A DNA stretch of 55,785 bases, filler included, from Sphacelaria rigidula (taxonomy: Eukaryota), in the NCBI GenBank assembly GCA_964200075.2. It is 5 parts of 5 records of this genome, joined end to end, with 100 filler letters (N's around TTAATTAATTAA, not from the genome) between each part and the next. Parts side by side here need not be neighbours in the genome. Positions count along the whole stretch, not along the records: positions 11,180 to 22,257 come from CAXNAA020005421.1; positions 22,358 to 33,434 come from CAXNAA020005422.1; 3 more parts are not named here. One strand, written 5' to 3'. The notes beneath the pieces are model-generated. The model was given only the letters and a program-made list of their open reading frames with translations. It ran no database searches and was not told the origin of the DNA. The position numbers and the translations under genes were made by a program. Positions 11,503 through 22,991 of the stretch are shown here, piece by piece (within the stretch, counting starts at the first letter, position 1; each line of letters begins with the position of its first letter).

Positions 11503-13029
11503 CTCGGCGCCCTTAGCCGTCGATCGAAGTGCCTCGGTCCACCGCCCCAAGGCCTTAACGTATAGCGTGAACACGCCTTCCCGCGGGATACCATAGGCCC
11601 GTAGCTCTTCAGGGTCGTACGATGGAGGGGCGCCCCGAAGTGCGACTGTCATGGCGTGAGCCTCGCCAGTACCAAGCACCCCCGGCGCGCTGATGTAAAC
11701 GAATGACCCGCCCCTGGCGGGCTCGTGACTCTTGGGGTTGTGAAGAACGAGGCGAGTGTAGTTTTTAATGGTGCAGACGTCAACGACACGAGTGGGGGTC
11801 TTGTTCTCGGTAGGGGGATTCCACCAGCGGTTCCAGTAGCGCCATCTAATCGAGTGGAGCAACGCACATCCGTGATGGACGTCCCAATGGTTGCATGATG
11901 AAAAAACATCGTATGATTTGCGAGTATCATGATGGAAAAGGTGGCGGCCTCAGTACCGCCGTTCCACCCACGACTCCAGCGAGATCCACCTATTGATGAG
12001 TATTCGCGGGTTTGCATGTGAGCTGGTTATGACTACCGGTCGTCTAGCGTGGCAAATGTATGCACCATAACATACGGTACTGCGGTCGGTGCATCAAACG
12101 TTGCGAATTGCATTATTATTCCTGTTGGCTAGATCTTGCGGCAACAGCAATCCGCATTATCGACCGTTCACGATAGTTCCTACCTCTTCCACGCGCTGAG
12201 GCGTGACATCACGTGCATGGTGTAAAGGGCGAGGCCGCCGGCAAAGTAGATGGCGTTAGCGTCCCACTGGAGGTGTTGATCATTCGGCGAACGGGGAGAA
12301 CGCGCGGGCAGGACAGGTGGGGAGGTGTAACGCAACTGTTTGCTGATACTTCCTCGGCATTTTGTCATGCTTGATTTATGTTGCGAAGCCCATTCGTTCT
12401 CACATCGTGTTATAGTCAGAGAGACACTTAAATGAGTACAAAATTTTCGGGGGTGAGTGAGGGTAACAGTAACGCTATTATGTGCCGGGGACGGCACGAT
12501 TACCGGGAATCCTATACAATTTCTCCTCTTGTATCATGTGATCGACTCACGAACTACTGCAGACTTGTATCGACTTGTGAAAAGTATTCTGGGGCTTCTT
12601 ACATGATACACACCATCCCGACTTCCTGCCATCGTGCTCCTGGTGGAAGGTTTGGAGAATTCACCCACAACGAGACAAGGGTACTATACCATGCCACCAT
12701 TGAACCAGATAAACGTCAACAATCATTACTGAGTCCGGCGAAATGGCACGCCCATTACTCGCATTCATGCAGTGGAACAGTAACAAAACACCCGACGTGA
12801 AAGCACTGATGCGCAAGGCCGCGATATGCATCGTGTACCTCATCGCGACGTAAGTACTCACGTGGAGGGCGCCAAACACGAGAACGCCTATGAACAGCCA
12901 ATGGCTAAACTTGAACAGGCTGTACCAGCGTCGGCGAACGTAGTTGGTGGATGTAATCCACATCGGCATCGCACACAGCACCGCACCCCAACCCATGGGC
13001 ACGTCCACGTCGCCGTACTCCTCGGTAAC
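11503..13029 (-). CDS. Ferric reductase / NADPH oxidase-family flavocytochrome, partial (exons 13029-12862, 12266-12184, 11845-11503)
   Basis: MWITSTNYVRRRWYSLFKFSHWLFIGVLVFGALH has the paired heme His residues 13 apart that typify FRE/NOX proteins. GSFVYI...EAHAMTV...FTLYVKALGRWT resembles the FAD-binding domain. Splice phases 0/2/0 join in frame. Confidence 0.85.
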
Positions 13030-13311
13030 CTGCATCGTTTTCGCGACGAGTACAGTGCGTGTTCTAGTCAATGCTGTTTAAACTATTGTGCTTCATCAAA
13101 CCTTGGTTCCATGTTTTGAAGCGCGACAGCCCCGTTCCCTGCGCTGCAGAAAGAATGAGGCCCCAAAATTTACACATTTTTCAAGAAACACGCCCAAGAC
13201 ATAACTGGACGTTTTGCGCAAGCACCACGTGCGCCATGGTATACTATGATACTATACTATCATTATTTCGAAGGACTGAAATGATGCAACAAGAACTACG
13301 ATAGGTGAAGG

Positions 13312-13558
13312 GAGCAATGCTACGGTAGGGGTGCACTTTTTGCCCAGTATCTTGTCTCGTTCAGGGGTTTCTAACGATTGCAGATGCACAAGAATATGGG
13401 TCGGGGAATGAATCCCCGTCTACAAATTCATTCGAAACATCTCTAGCACATTGGAACAGTAATCCTGGCGTCCTCTCACATATGTCAGAAGTTGTATTTT
13501 GGACGATATAGCTCTACCGGGCTCCTAACAATCTCAACCTCAGAAACTATTTGTGCAC
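13312..13558. mobile_element. MITE family B, truncated copy (inverted relative to 41611-41866)
   Basis: Begins gagcaatgctacggtaggggtgcac. The body is the reverse complement of ~41630-41866. Confidence 0.75.
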
Positions 13559-13760
13559 TGTTAGGGATAGACTTTGACATGGACTATCCAGGCGTTGCTC
13601 AGTGTTACAGCGCGGGTAGCATGTGTCATTTGGTGTTTATTCGGAGCAACCGCGGGTAGATCTTTTTGTTTCTTGCCTTCTTCTGCGAGCTGTTTGGATC
13701 ATGGGTATATTGGTGATACGCTCCTTGCACTCTGTGACCACGGGTTCGAGATATCGAGCT

Positions 13761-14005
13761 AATATGATGGAAATAATAATATTATTAATAATGATGATAA
13801 TAGTGATAATAATGATAATAATGATGATAATAATGATAATAATGATAATAATGATAATAATGATAATAATAATGATGATAATGATAATAATAATAATAAT
13901 AATGATAATAATGACAATAATAATAGTAATATAATAATGATGATGATAATGATAATAATGATAATAATGATAATAATGGTAATAGTGATAATAGTGATAA
14001 TAGTG

Positions 14006-14078
<73 letters not shown>

Positions 14079-14103
14079 TATTAGGAAGAATAGTGATGAT
14101 GAT
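13761..14103. repeat. (ATA/ATG)n trinucleotide microsatellite
   Basis: Long imperfect aat/gat run. Confidence 0.97.
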
Positions 14104-14781
14104 ACTAAACTAACCAGGAGTGGGTGCCTGATTTGCACGCAGGGGCCATTTGTGAATCGGTGTCATTATTGGACGTTTTTAGCATCTTGTTGGTCGTTCT
14201 AAAGTGAAAAATAATGCCGATTGACCATGAGACCTTACCCCGTTAATGTGACACGCAGACCAATCAACAGACTGTGGCATGATTGTGAGGCCGCTCTATA
14301 CTGGACCGGTATCTCATCTATGTGCTGGGGAGATGTTGTCTTCTAGACTACGGAATATAAGTCCCGCAAACGTCCGGAAATTTTATTCTTGACTGAGCAG
14401 ATACTTCGCATCGGCGTTTGTTTTGGGGAGTGCCGTGTAGACTGACGGATGTTTCAAATCGGGGCGTTATTGGGCGGAATTGTTTTTCAGATTGAAATAT
14501 CGGACATTTTCGGACAGTTTCTACTTTATTCTAAAGTGGAAGAGCAGTTTTTCTTCTACCGAGGTCAGGTGTGAGATGAAATCAAAACTAACTACACCTT
14601 GCTCCGAAGACCGGCGTCCATTTTTTTTTCCTCACCTTTTTCTCTTCTTTTTTTTATTGTGAAGTCGGAAATATCCATTTTTACAACGAAATCTGGAGAA
14701 GTCAAGCCTTGTCAGAAACGCCTAATACTGTGGATATTATCTTCGGTCGCACGCGCAACAAAACAATTCCGATTTTTTCAG

Positions 14782-15049
14782 GTAGTCGTGGAGGGATGCT
14801 TCGTGCTCACCACCATCTTTTACTGGAAAATGGCACCCGTACTATCCCATCTCAAAGTTGCTGCGATAGCTGCCAAAGAGCCAGAACATGCAGCGGTCAA
14901 GCAGGGAGAGGAAGGGGCGGGCAGCGATGTTGAGGCACATGACGGCGAAGGCGGAACCCCGGGAAAGAAAACTCCCTCCAGGAGAAGCAGTAGGACCAAG
15001 AAGACTGACTCTACGCCTGTGGCTGATCAAGAGAAGGATGTCATGTCAG
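14782..15049 (+). CDS. Probable coding exon of an unknown membrane protein (hydrophobic segment followed by a charged, disordered tail)
   Basis: ttttttcag| acceptor and cag|gt donor. Open frame VVVEGCFVLTTIFYWKMAP...EKDVMS. Confidence 0.45.
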
Positions 15050-15432
15050 GTGCTTCTGATTTGATTGGTTGGTTGGTTGATTGTCGCACCGCAACAGATA
15101 CTCAAGCGACTAGGCTGTGGCGACGCGATAGATGTACCTAAGGTGAACAAAAAGGAAACAGGTGCTTCCGAGTACGATACAAACGAGCAGTGACGTCGAA
15201 AGGTATACCTTGTCGGGTTTGGCCACTGTAAGGTACATTGGTCAGCGGGGTTTTATGCGAGAAGTGTTGCCAACGTGTACCTTTCTGTTTGGTTCACAAC
15301 TAGGTTACCGGTACGATGGTACTGTAGGCTACTTACTGTAGTGGTGGCGTGATCGACGAAAAGGAGTCGCATATTTCTTGTACACTTTTGCATGGGATGA
15401 AACACATCTACGTTGAAAACCCTGAATATTTT

Positions 15433-16881
15433 CACGGTTCAAACAACATAAATTGTGATTCGACTCATATTGAATATTTGGACAAGTCAATCATACGATT
15501 TGTACACAGGTTGTGATTTGTACATGTTTCGGGCTTGTGAGTCGTACGACACTACTTCCTGATTCATGCGGTACACCGTCGGAGGTGAATGTTTCCTACC
15601 TTCCGTTCGTTGGCGTGAATCATGGGTACATGTTTTCCAGTTGACATTATTTCCGCATGAATCCTTGGCACACGTTCCCCACCTTACATTCAGACCAGGG
15701 GAATGAAGCGTGCATGGTTCCCGATTTCCACTCATACAGCATGAATCATAGGTACATGTTCCCCAACTTTCGTTCATACGAGGTGAATCAGGCGTGTATT
15801 AACATTCACACAGCATTAACCATACGTACATGTTCCCTACCTTCCATTCATACGAGATGGACCGAGTGTACATGTTTTTCGTTTTCATTTATCCTGCGTG
15901 AATCTTGAGTACATGTTCCCCACCTTTTGCTCATATGATTTATTTAATCTTTTATTTCATGGGGCGCGACTTTTCGGTGGCGTGGCCATTTTGCAGCGGG
16001 GATAGGCAAATAAGAGTGTACAGGTCGCGAACTCCTCAAGAATCAAATCCTCGGTTAGGCCAATTCTTATTTTTACACTTGCACTCAACACATCAACTGG
16101 AGTACATCACCCGCGTCTGTGCTCAGAGCGGTTCCTCTGACCATTCTTGTTTTCCGACCTATGCTATTGATAGCCCTTCTGGTTTCATGTTTTGTTCTGT
16201 GGTATAGTTGACTTGAACATACTGTGAACAATATATAGGAGACTTGCGAAGAACACAGCACCGGCGCGAGTTGTCCTCGCATGCTCGCGGGGGTTCTCGG
16301 GAAAACTCCGGTGGCGTACATTTCAATTCCAGTCCGTGGACAGTACGGTACAACATGGCACAGCACGCATCTGCGCGCCTGGAGTGATTCTTCTAGCTGT
16401 TTATTTCCCTGTGATTCAGAGAGCATGACTGATATGATTCATGCACATGTTTTTCACCTTGCGTTCGTAAAAATGAATCATGGAAACATGGTTCCCATCT
16501 TCCATCCACGAGATGGGTCAAGCACATGTATCTCGCCTTTCAACCACTCAGCATAAATCGCAGGCACGAGTTCTTCACCTTCCATACATACGAGGTGGAT
16601 CATGCGTACATGTTCCCCATATTGGATCCATACGACACGAATCAAGTGTATATGTTTCTCAGTCATGCTTCATACAGGAATTCTCATCTTTACATATCTT
16701 GCACTGTTGATTCGTCTAGTACTACTTGGAGTGTACACAATACCAGTTCGTAGTTCGTGCCGTATGACCTTAAACATACAACGTGACCATCCGTAGTCCT
16801 TACCGGATGATTTGGTACATGATTTGCATTCAACATTCATGAGGGATCAACCCGCATAAACTCTGATTCGTCCGAACCGTG
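15433..16881. mobile_element. Non-autonomous DNA element family C (CACGG...CCGTG) with internal degenerate ~38-40-bp tandem repeats
   Basis: Termini cacggttc...gaaccgtg. Repeated gtacatgttccccacc...tgaatca units. Both ends are homologous to 30677-31170. Non-repeat sequence interrupts it at ~15940-16430. Confidence 0.7.
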
Positions 16882-17606
16882 CATGTTCACGTCTTTCTCC
16901 CGATGCGATGATCCCTACGACCCCATTTGGGCGATGATAAGGCATGACGATGTATTTCCTCGTGGTGCACTACACACGAGATAACAGGATTTGATATATC
17001 CACCCGTTGTACGTGTATGCGGCAGCACTGAACTCGATCTGTACTCGATAGAGCGCGATGTTGAGCGCACACCAGAAGTGTCAGTGTCTTCCAGATCTAT
17101 GGATGATGACCCATTGGTCGGAACTCAACACGTCCGATTCTGTTCAATCTTGTCCAATCCTGTCGTGTTGTGATGTGATTTGATAATCTTAATGTTCAAT
17201 TGCAAGTTTTCGTTGGTATCTGTCCGTCCCCCACCCGCCCCCTTGTTTTGCCGCATCACCCTTTTTACGGGGGGACGCCGACGCGTGCGCGTACTGTCCC
17301 CGCCCCCGGCACCTGGTATTCCGGGGGAGGGGAACGCGGGTCGCGCCCCTCCCTGTTTTGCCGCGCAATTCTCTGTTCGCCGTCTCCCCGTTATTTCCAC
17401 AAGCTATCCAACTCACTAGGCATGCTTGGTGCCTCACGCCCTCGCCGATTGGTTGGACTTGGTCATGCTCCGCTTGTGCACCTGTTTTTAGTCGTTCTGC
17501 ATCGATTCTCACGGATTGCGCTTGTCATACTCCGATGTTTTGTTTCACCTGCGTTTTCGCTAAATACGTACATGCGTTACGTGGGTGCCACGGTGCAGGG
17601 GAGGCT

Positions 17607-20600
17607 ATGGAGGACATGGCCGAAGAGGCCGTGCAGACCGTTGAGAATCTCAGGTGACCGTGGAGTATGACGAACAAAACAGTACAGTGTTTCCGATGTT
17701 TCATCATTTGATGTATATTTTGCAGGTGCTTGACTTTTAACTAGAGGTGTAAATTCTAATCGATAATCTTCCCTTCCTGTATTCGGCGTGTGGTGGTTTG
17801 TGTTCTCCTTGGTCATCACTATTTTTATTCATGCCCCCCCTTCACCCCCTTCACCCCCTTCAAGGCTTGGTGTTGGTTGGTTGGCAGCAACGTTGAAAGA
17901 CACGCCACTCACTCCTCAAGGTTTTAATAGGCAACCAGGCAACCGTCTTCATTTTTTGCTACCATTTTTTTACAGTAACCATGATGGTGGTCCAGTTGGA
18001 TCATATTGTGCGGGGTAGAGAACCTCAACTCCGCGCGAAGGGAACGGTGGTACAGTGCAGTGTTAACATGATGAGACACCCGTCAAGCACTGTAGCCCGT
18101 GGCTGTCTCTGGAAGTGGCGATGCCATAAAATGAAGCAAGTCATTGAAGACTGTTTTCCACGTGAATGATTTCAGCATGCTCGGGGCCGAACAATCTCAC
18201 CAAAATGCAGCTCACCCTTCAGGCCACTTGCCGACCACATCACGGCGCTTCGCGTTTGATTGATTGCGAACTTCGTCCGTCGATGAACGCGGCGTGCTTC
18301 GTCCCGGTTTTGTAGAGATACTACGGCATGCAGGTCAACGGTCATGTGACTACGGCATGCAAGATCATGAGCACCCCCCCCTCCCCCTCCCCCTTCCCCC
18401 CCCGTGCTGGCTACAGACGGCGTAATAGGGAAGGGAACAAATGTGTACATATGCTCTTGTGTAATGTACGAAAAAAACGCTATGAGCGCCCAAATATTGG
18501 AGGGTCCTCTCGCAGGAGTAGGAATGGTGCTCCGTCTCGAAAGTGATGCGCAGTCAACGGTCAAATGACTAGGGCAAGCAACAAATAAGTACCCCCCCCC
18601 CCCCCCAGTGCCAATTGTGAGTCGTTCGGTTTATCGTTTCTTGTTCGCTATTGTACTACTTTTGTCAACGTAGTGTCGCGCTTCAACACATATATATATA
18701 TATATATATATTTTTTTTTTCATTTTCGCCGCGTTTTTCCCCGTTCCTTGAGTCGTTTCGTTTATTATTTACGGACGTCTTCCCCTCTTCGTTGCTTTTT
18801 TTTTCTTCTCCCTATTTTCCGCCTTCGTGTTTCAACTATTACAATTATTTATTTCACTTCTTGACTGTTTCTATAATAGTTTTACGACCATCCCGTTGCC
18901 GCGTCTCAATGTATCAAAACATGTTCCTCTTCCATTCTCACTGTTTTTTATTTCGTTGCCGTTTTTGTACCGTGTCGCGTTGTTTTGGTTACGGTTGGGG
19001 TTCAGGGATGGACTGGTGGAAGTCCTGCGCGCCATGCTGTCCATGCATCTCCACCCTGCTGCGGCGATCGGCAGCGAAGAGGTCGAAGCTGGAAGCGACG
19101 AGGGTACCCAGGACGATATCGAGCCCAATCCGAGAGTACTTACCGCCGATCAGGTCCGTGGATTATGACCGCACGTGAGCTGTATCGGTCTCATTACAAC
19201 TGGCACGAGATAACCCGAATTGTCCAGGCTCGGGACAAACCAAGGGTATCATCGCCTCTCCGGTTTGTGGATTATGACCAGACGAAAGTTACATGAGTCT
19301 CCTCACAACAGGCACGAATAATCCGAATCGTTCAGGCTTGGGTACAAACCGAGAGTACCATCGCTAATCGGGTACTGTATGTGGATTATGGTCGGGTGCA
19401 AGTTGCGTGAGTCTCCCTATGGCAGGCGCAGATAACCCGATCGTTCAGGCTCAGTATAAACCGAGGGTACCACCACCGATGGGGTTTGTGGATCATGACC
19501 GCGTACAAGTTATGGAAGTCTTCTCAAATCTGACGTAGAATAATCGGAATCGTTTAGACTCAGAGCAAACTCATGGTATCATCGCTAATAGGGTTTGTCG
19601 ATTCTGATCGGACGCAAGGTGCCCCAACACGAAATAATCGGAATCATTTACGCTCAGGACAACCCAAGCGTACCGTCGCCAATCAGCTGTGTGGATTATG
19701 ACCGGACGCAAGTTGCGGCGTAGCACGGGACAATCGAAATCCTTTAGGAACAGGACAAACCAAGGGTGCCATTGCCAATCGGCTGTATGGATCATGACCT
19801 CACACAAGTGGAACCAGTCATACTCCGGGAGACACGCGCGGAATAACCCGAATTGAGCCTAGTACATGTACGTACAGCCCAAAAGCACCACCGCCCATCA
19901 GAGGATCATGACAATAACGTACAAGTTATACCATTCTTATACACCGCATTCATTGTATCGCTTGAGTTCTCCACGTAACTTGAGGCCCTAGAGCGCAACT
20001 CTTGTCGCTGATTAGGTGTGGATCATGACAAAAACATATGAGTTTTACCCTCGTGTACGCAGCAAGGTACGAAGTAAAAAAACTGCGTACATATCGAGAT
20101 TAGTGTCTGCAAAAACAAGATGGTGTGAGCACCGAAGTACTTCGTTGAACCAGTACAGATCGGGGGTATACCCACTACGTAGGCTGTAGTAAGATAAAAG
20201 GTCGTTGTCCTCTATCTTCGCTCGTCTCGTCATGCTATACTTGCACGGCGATTGGCACACAAGTGTGAGTCTGGCAATGTGAAGCCATGCATATCTGTAG
20301 CCCAGTAGCCTCAAGTTTTCCACGCGATCACGCTTTGTTTTGTGGGTAAGTGTACCGGTGGTGGCGCATGCCGTAGTCATGCGGCCATGGTGGGAAGACG
20401 GGGCTAGGATAGACACGGGAGCTCGGTATACAGCGCCGCCTAACAAATTGCACTGCCGACGTTCTCGAGCGACGGGGCATTCATCCAGCTCTTTTATTCG
20501 TCTCCGCGCATGTTGGCCGTTACATTTTTTTTCACTGTTGGCAATCATACTCGTCTGCCCTACCTGTGTGTGTGTGTTTGTGTGTGTGTGTGAATGTATG

Positions 20601-22023
20601 TACGAGCTGGGCCTGCCTAGAAACTCGTATTCCTTCAACCGAATAGAATACATCAACACATCTCGAAAACTAGAGGGGGAAGGGGGAATATCTCCGAATG
20701 AAGACATGTCTGTCATCGGAGATCGCCAAGCGCGTGCTTGAGCCCCGACAGCTTGCAATGTTGTGTTCAGTGCGTCATGAAAGGAAACAAAAGTGGTGTG
20801 CCGGCAATATTGTGGGCTGAGTATAGGGCGAAACTGACAGAGATGGTGCGGTAGAACTAGCTTTTAAAAAATGCGGCGAAACTTCTGGGTCTGTGTCGAG
20901 GACTTTGCCGCGACCCCTCGGTTGCATCATCTGCGCATGCTCTGAGACATAGCGTCGATCCCGCCGAGCGATCGGCGTTGGGAAATAATCTCTGTCCTCA
21001 CCATGTTTCACGACAAGGGGGGACACATGGTTGTTGAGGCTGCGTTACCCAGTCGAAGCTGCGTGGCAGCATCGCCGGGAGTTGTCTTCCTTCCAGCTAT
21101 CCTCCAAGCACTGCGTACGCCAAGACCTCGATGCGCGGGGCAAGCTTCTAGAATTTCGAGGAGAAACGTTTTTGATACCTAATGAACAACACGAAAGACT
21201 ACCCTTGATCTGGGAAGATTTCGATTTCCTCCTCTTTACCTTTTTCATTTCTTCGAGGGGGTTGAAGACAGCCCCCAAAAAATCATCGGCCGGAGATGGG
21301 TAACAAAACAAAATGATCCCAGATAGAGGGTAGACGTATTTGTCTTCCAGCTGGTGTCAAGGAGTCGTCATGATATCATGTAATGATCTATACTGCAGTG
21401 AAGCCATACCATAAACGCAAATACCCCCACCATTTTTGCGATCCGCTAACCGTTTTGCGCTGTGGTGAAAGTAAAAATGCGTCTTCGGTGGCGCCGGGGT
21501 GCAATTTACTTGGAAAATATTTCCGAAATGCTGTTTTAAGTAAATGTTATACAGCGACATTTATCCTTTCTTACTCGGAACAGATGAACACTTATATTCA
21601 TACAGTGCAAAGGCAAAGGCCGCAGAAGGAAGGTGGGGTACGAAAACGAAATAAAAAACAAGAGTTCCTGTGTTGACCCTCCTCCTGTGTGATCCCGGCT
21701 GGTGTGCCAATGAACCGGACGGTGTCGACCGGCGTCCAGAATAGATTTGATGGCACTACAAACAACACAGCACACACACCGCACTGACACGCCGTGTGTT
21801 CTTTTCTTTTTCCTGCCTTCTTCGTGCCGTCCAACGCGATAAATTGAAACTCCAGAAATCGCGGCTGGTTGGGCCCGTGCGGCGAGCGGCGTGGAACGCG
21901 TCGAATGAATTGCAGACCGCTCTCAAGGGTTTCTTGACAGGGGTGGCGGGGCCTGCATCCGAGTTGCCGTGGCAGCCTGACAAGGCCTTTACTCGCCTCT
22001 TACAGGAGCACTTCGAGACGGAG
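17607..22023 (+). CDS. Putative multi-exon gene of unknown function (candidate exons 17607-17653, 19006-19153, 21856-22023)
   Basis: Canonical AG/GT boundaries with compatible phases: MEDMAEEAVQTVENLR|DGLVEVLRAMLSMH...LTADQ|KSRLVGPVRRAAW...HFETE. No known domain. Linkage of the third exon is uncertain. Confidence 0.4.
18070..18606 (-). repeat. Dispersed unclassified repeat, two related modules each starting GGGGGGGTACTCAT-like on the minus strand
   Basis: Homologous pieces at 22090-22257, 22358-22410, 29310-29610, 41233-41420, 44420-44610 and 52890-52935. Confidence 0.8.
19125..20030 (+). repeat. Diverged tandem repeat, nine units of ~95-115 bp
   Basis: Anchor gtggat(t/c)atgac recurs at ~19158, 19267, 19381, 19488, 19597, 19691, 19787, 19901 and 20018. 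Confidence 0.85.
20563..21000 (-). mobile_element. Probable 3' end of a non-LTR retroelement (gcccagctcgta + microsatellite tail)
   Basis: The motif ggcccagctcgta followed by a (CA)n/(TA)n tail also occurs at 34480-34515 (-) and 35404-35427 (+). Confidence 0.4.
21605..21790 (+). mobile_element. 3' half of the tRNA-derived SINE found at 27705-28057
   Basis: aggtggggtacgaaaa...cctcctgtgtgatcccggctg...ccggcgtccagaatagat matches the reverse complement of 27715-27865. Confidence 0.75.
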
Positions 22024-22991
22024 GTAACTGTTTTTTTTCTTTTGCCGCTCTCTTCATCCTTTTTATCCCTGCCCCTTGTGCCTCCTGTTGAGGCACCCAT
22101 GAGGCAGTGCAAAAGCCGTCGCTGTCTCTGGAAGGCGATACTCCAAAATAAAGGAACTCATTGTAGGCTGTCACCCACATGCAAGATAATCAGTAGGCTT
22201 CGGGCCGAACAATCTTAGCAGGATGCAGCTCACCCTTCATGCGACTCGCCGAACACANNNNNNNNNNNNNNNNNNNNNNNNNNNNNNNNNNNNNNNNNNN
22301 NTTAATTAATTAANNNNNNNNNNNNNNNNNNNNNNNNNNNNNNNNNNNNNNNNNNNNTGTCTTGTATCTGATGACTATGGCAAGCATGATCATGAGTACA
22401 CCCCCCCCCCTCCTCTCCCGTATCGCATTATAGCATGACTCACAAGATACAAGACACACGTACCCAAGGTGAACACGCGAAAAGACTCGCCATGGGAAAC
22501 TATCTCGACAAAGGGAGAGTATGGAGAGGAAGGGACTACAATCAGCATGAACTACTAACGGGGTGGGAAGAGGGGGAGCTTTGAAAAACAAAACAAAACA
22601 AAAACGCTAAAGGAGGGGGGGGGGGGGGGGGGGGAAAACGAAAAAAAAGAAAGGGAAAAGGCAAAAACAACATAAGGCTGAAAATTAAAACTAACCCCGG
22701 AAAAAAAAACAAACNNNNNNNNNNACAAACAAACAAGGACGGCGGGCGGGGGGGCGCGGCGGGCAGGGGAGGGAGAACGAAAGACAGGAAACGAGAAAGG
22801 CAAGAACCACATTAGGCTGAGATCTCGAACTAATCCCGGAACAAATAACAAGCAGGCCGGCCTCAGCCATATGGCGTCAGGTGACGAGACCATTCAACAC
22901 AAAATAGAGACAAACAAAAAAAGGACCATGTACTATACCATAACGATATTCTACGGTATCTACACAACAGTCAATACGGATCTACAGAAGT

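Noticed and set aside
13623..14138. Long Ile/Met/Leu/Tyr-rich ORFs
   Set aside because: Translation artefacts of a trinucleotide microsatellite.
22258..22410. Continuity of one repeat copy across the second spacer
   Set aside because: Both contig ends fall in the same abundant repeat because assemblies break there. Length-sorted ordering argues against real adjacency.
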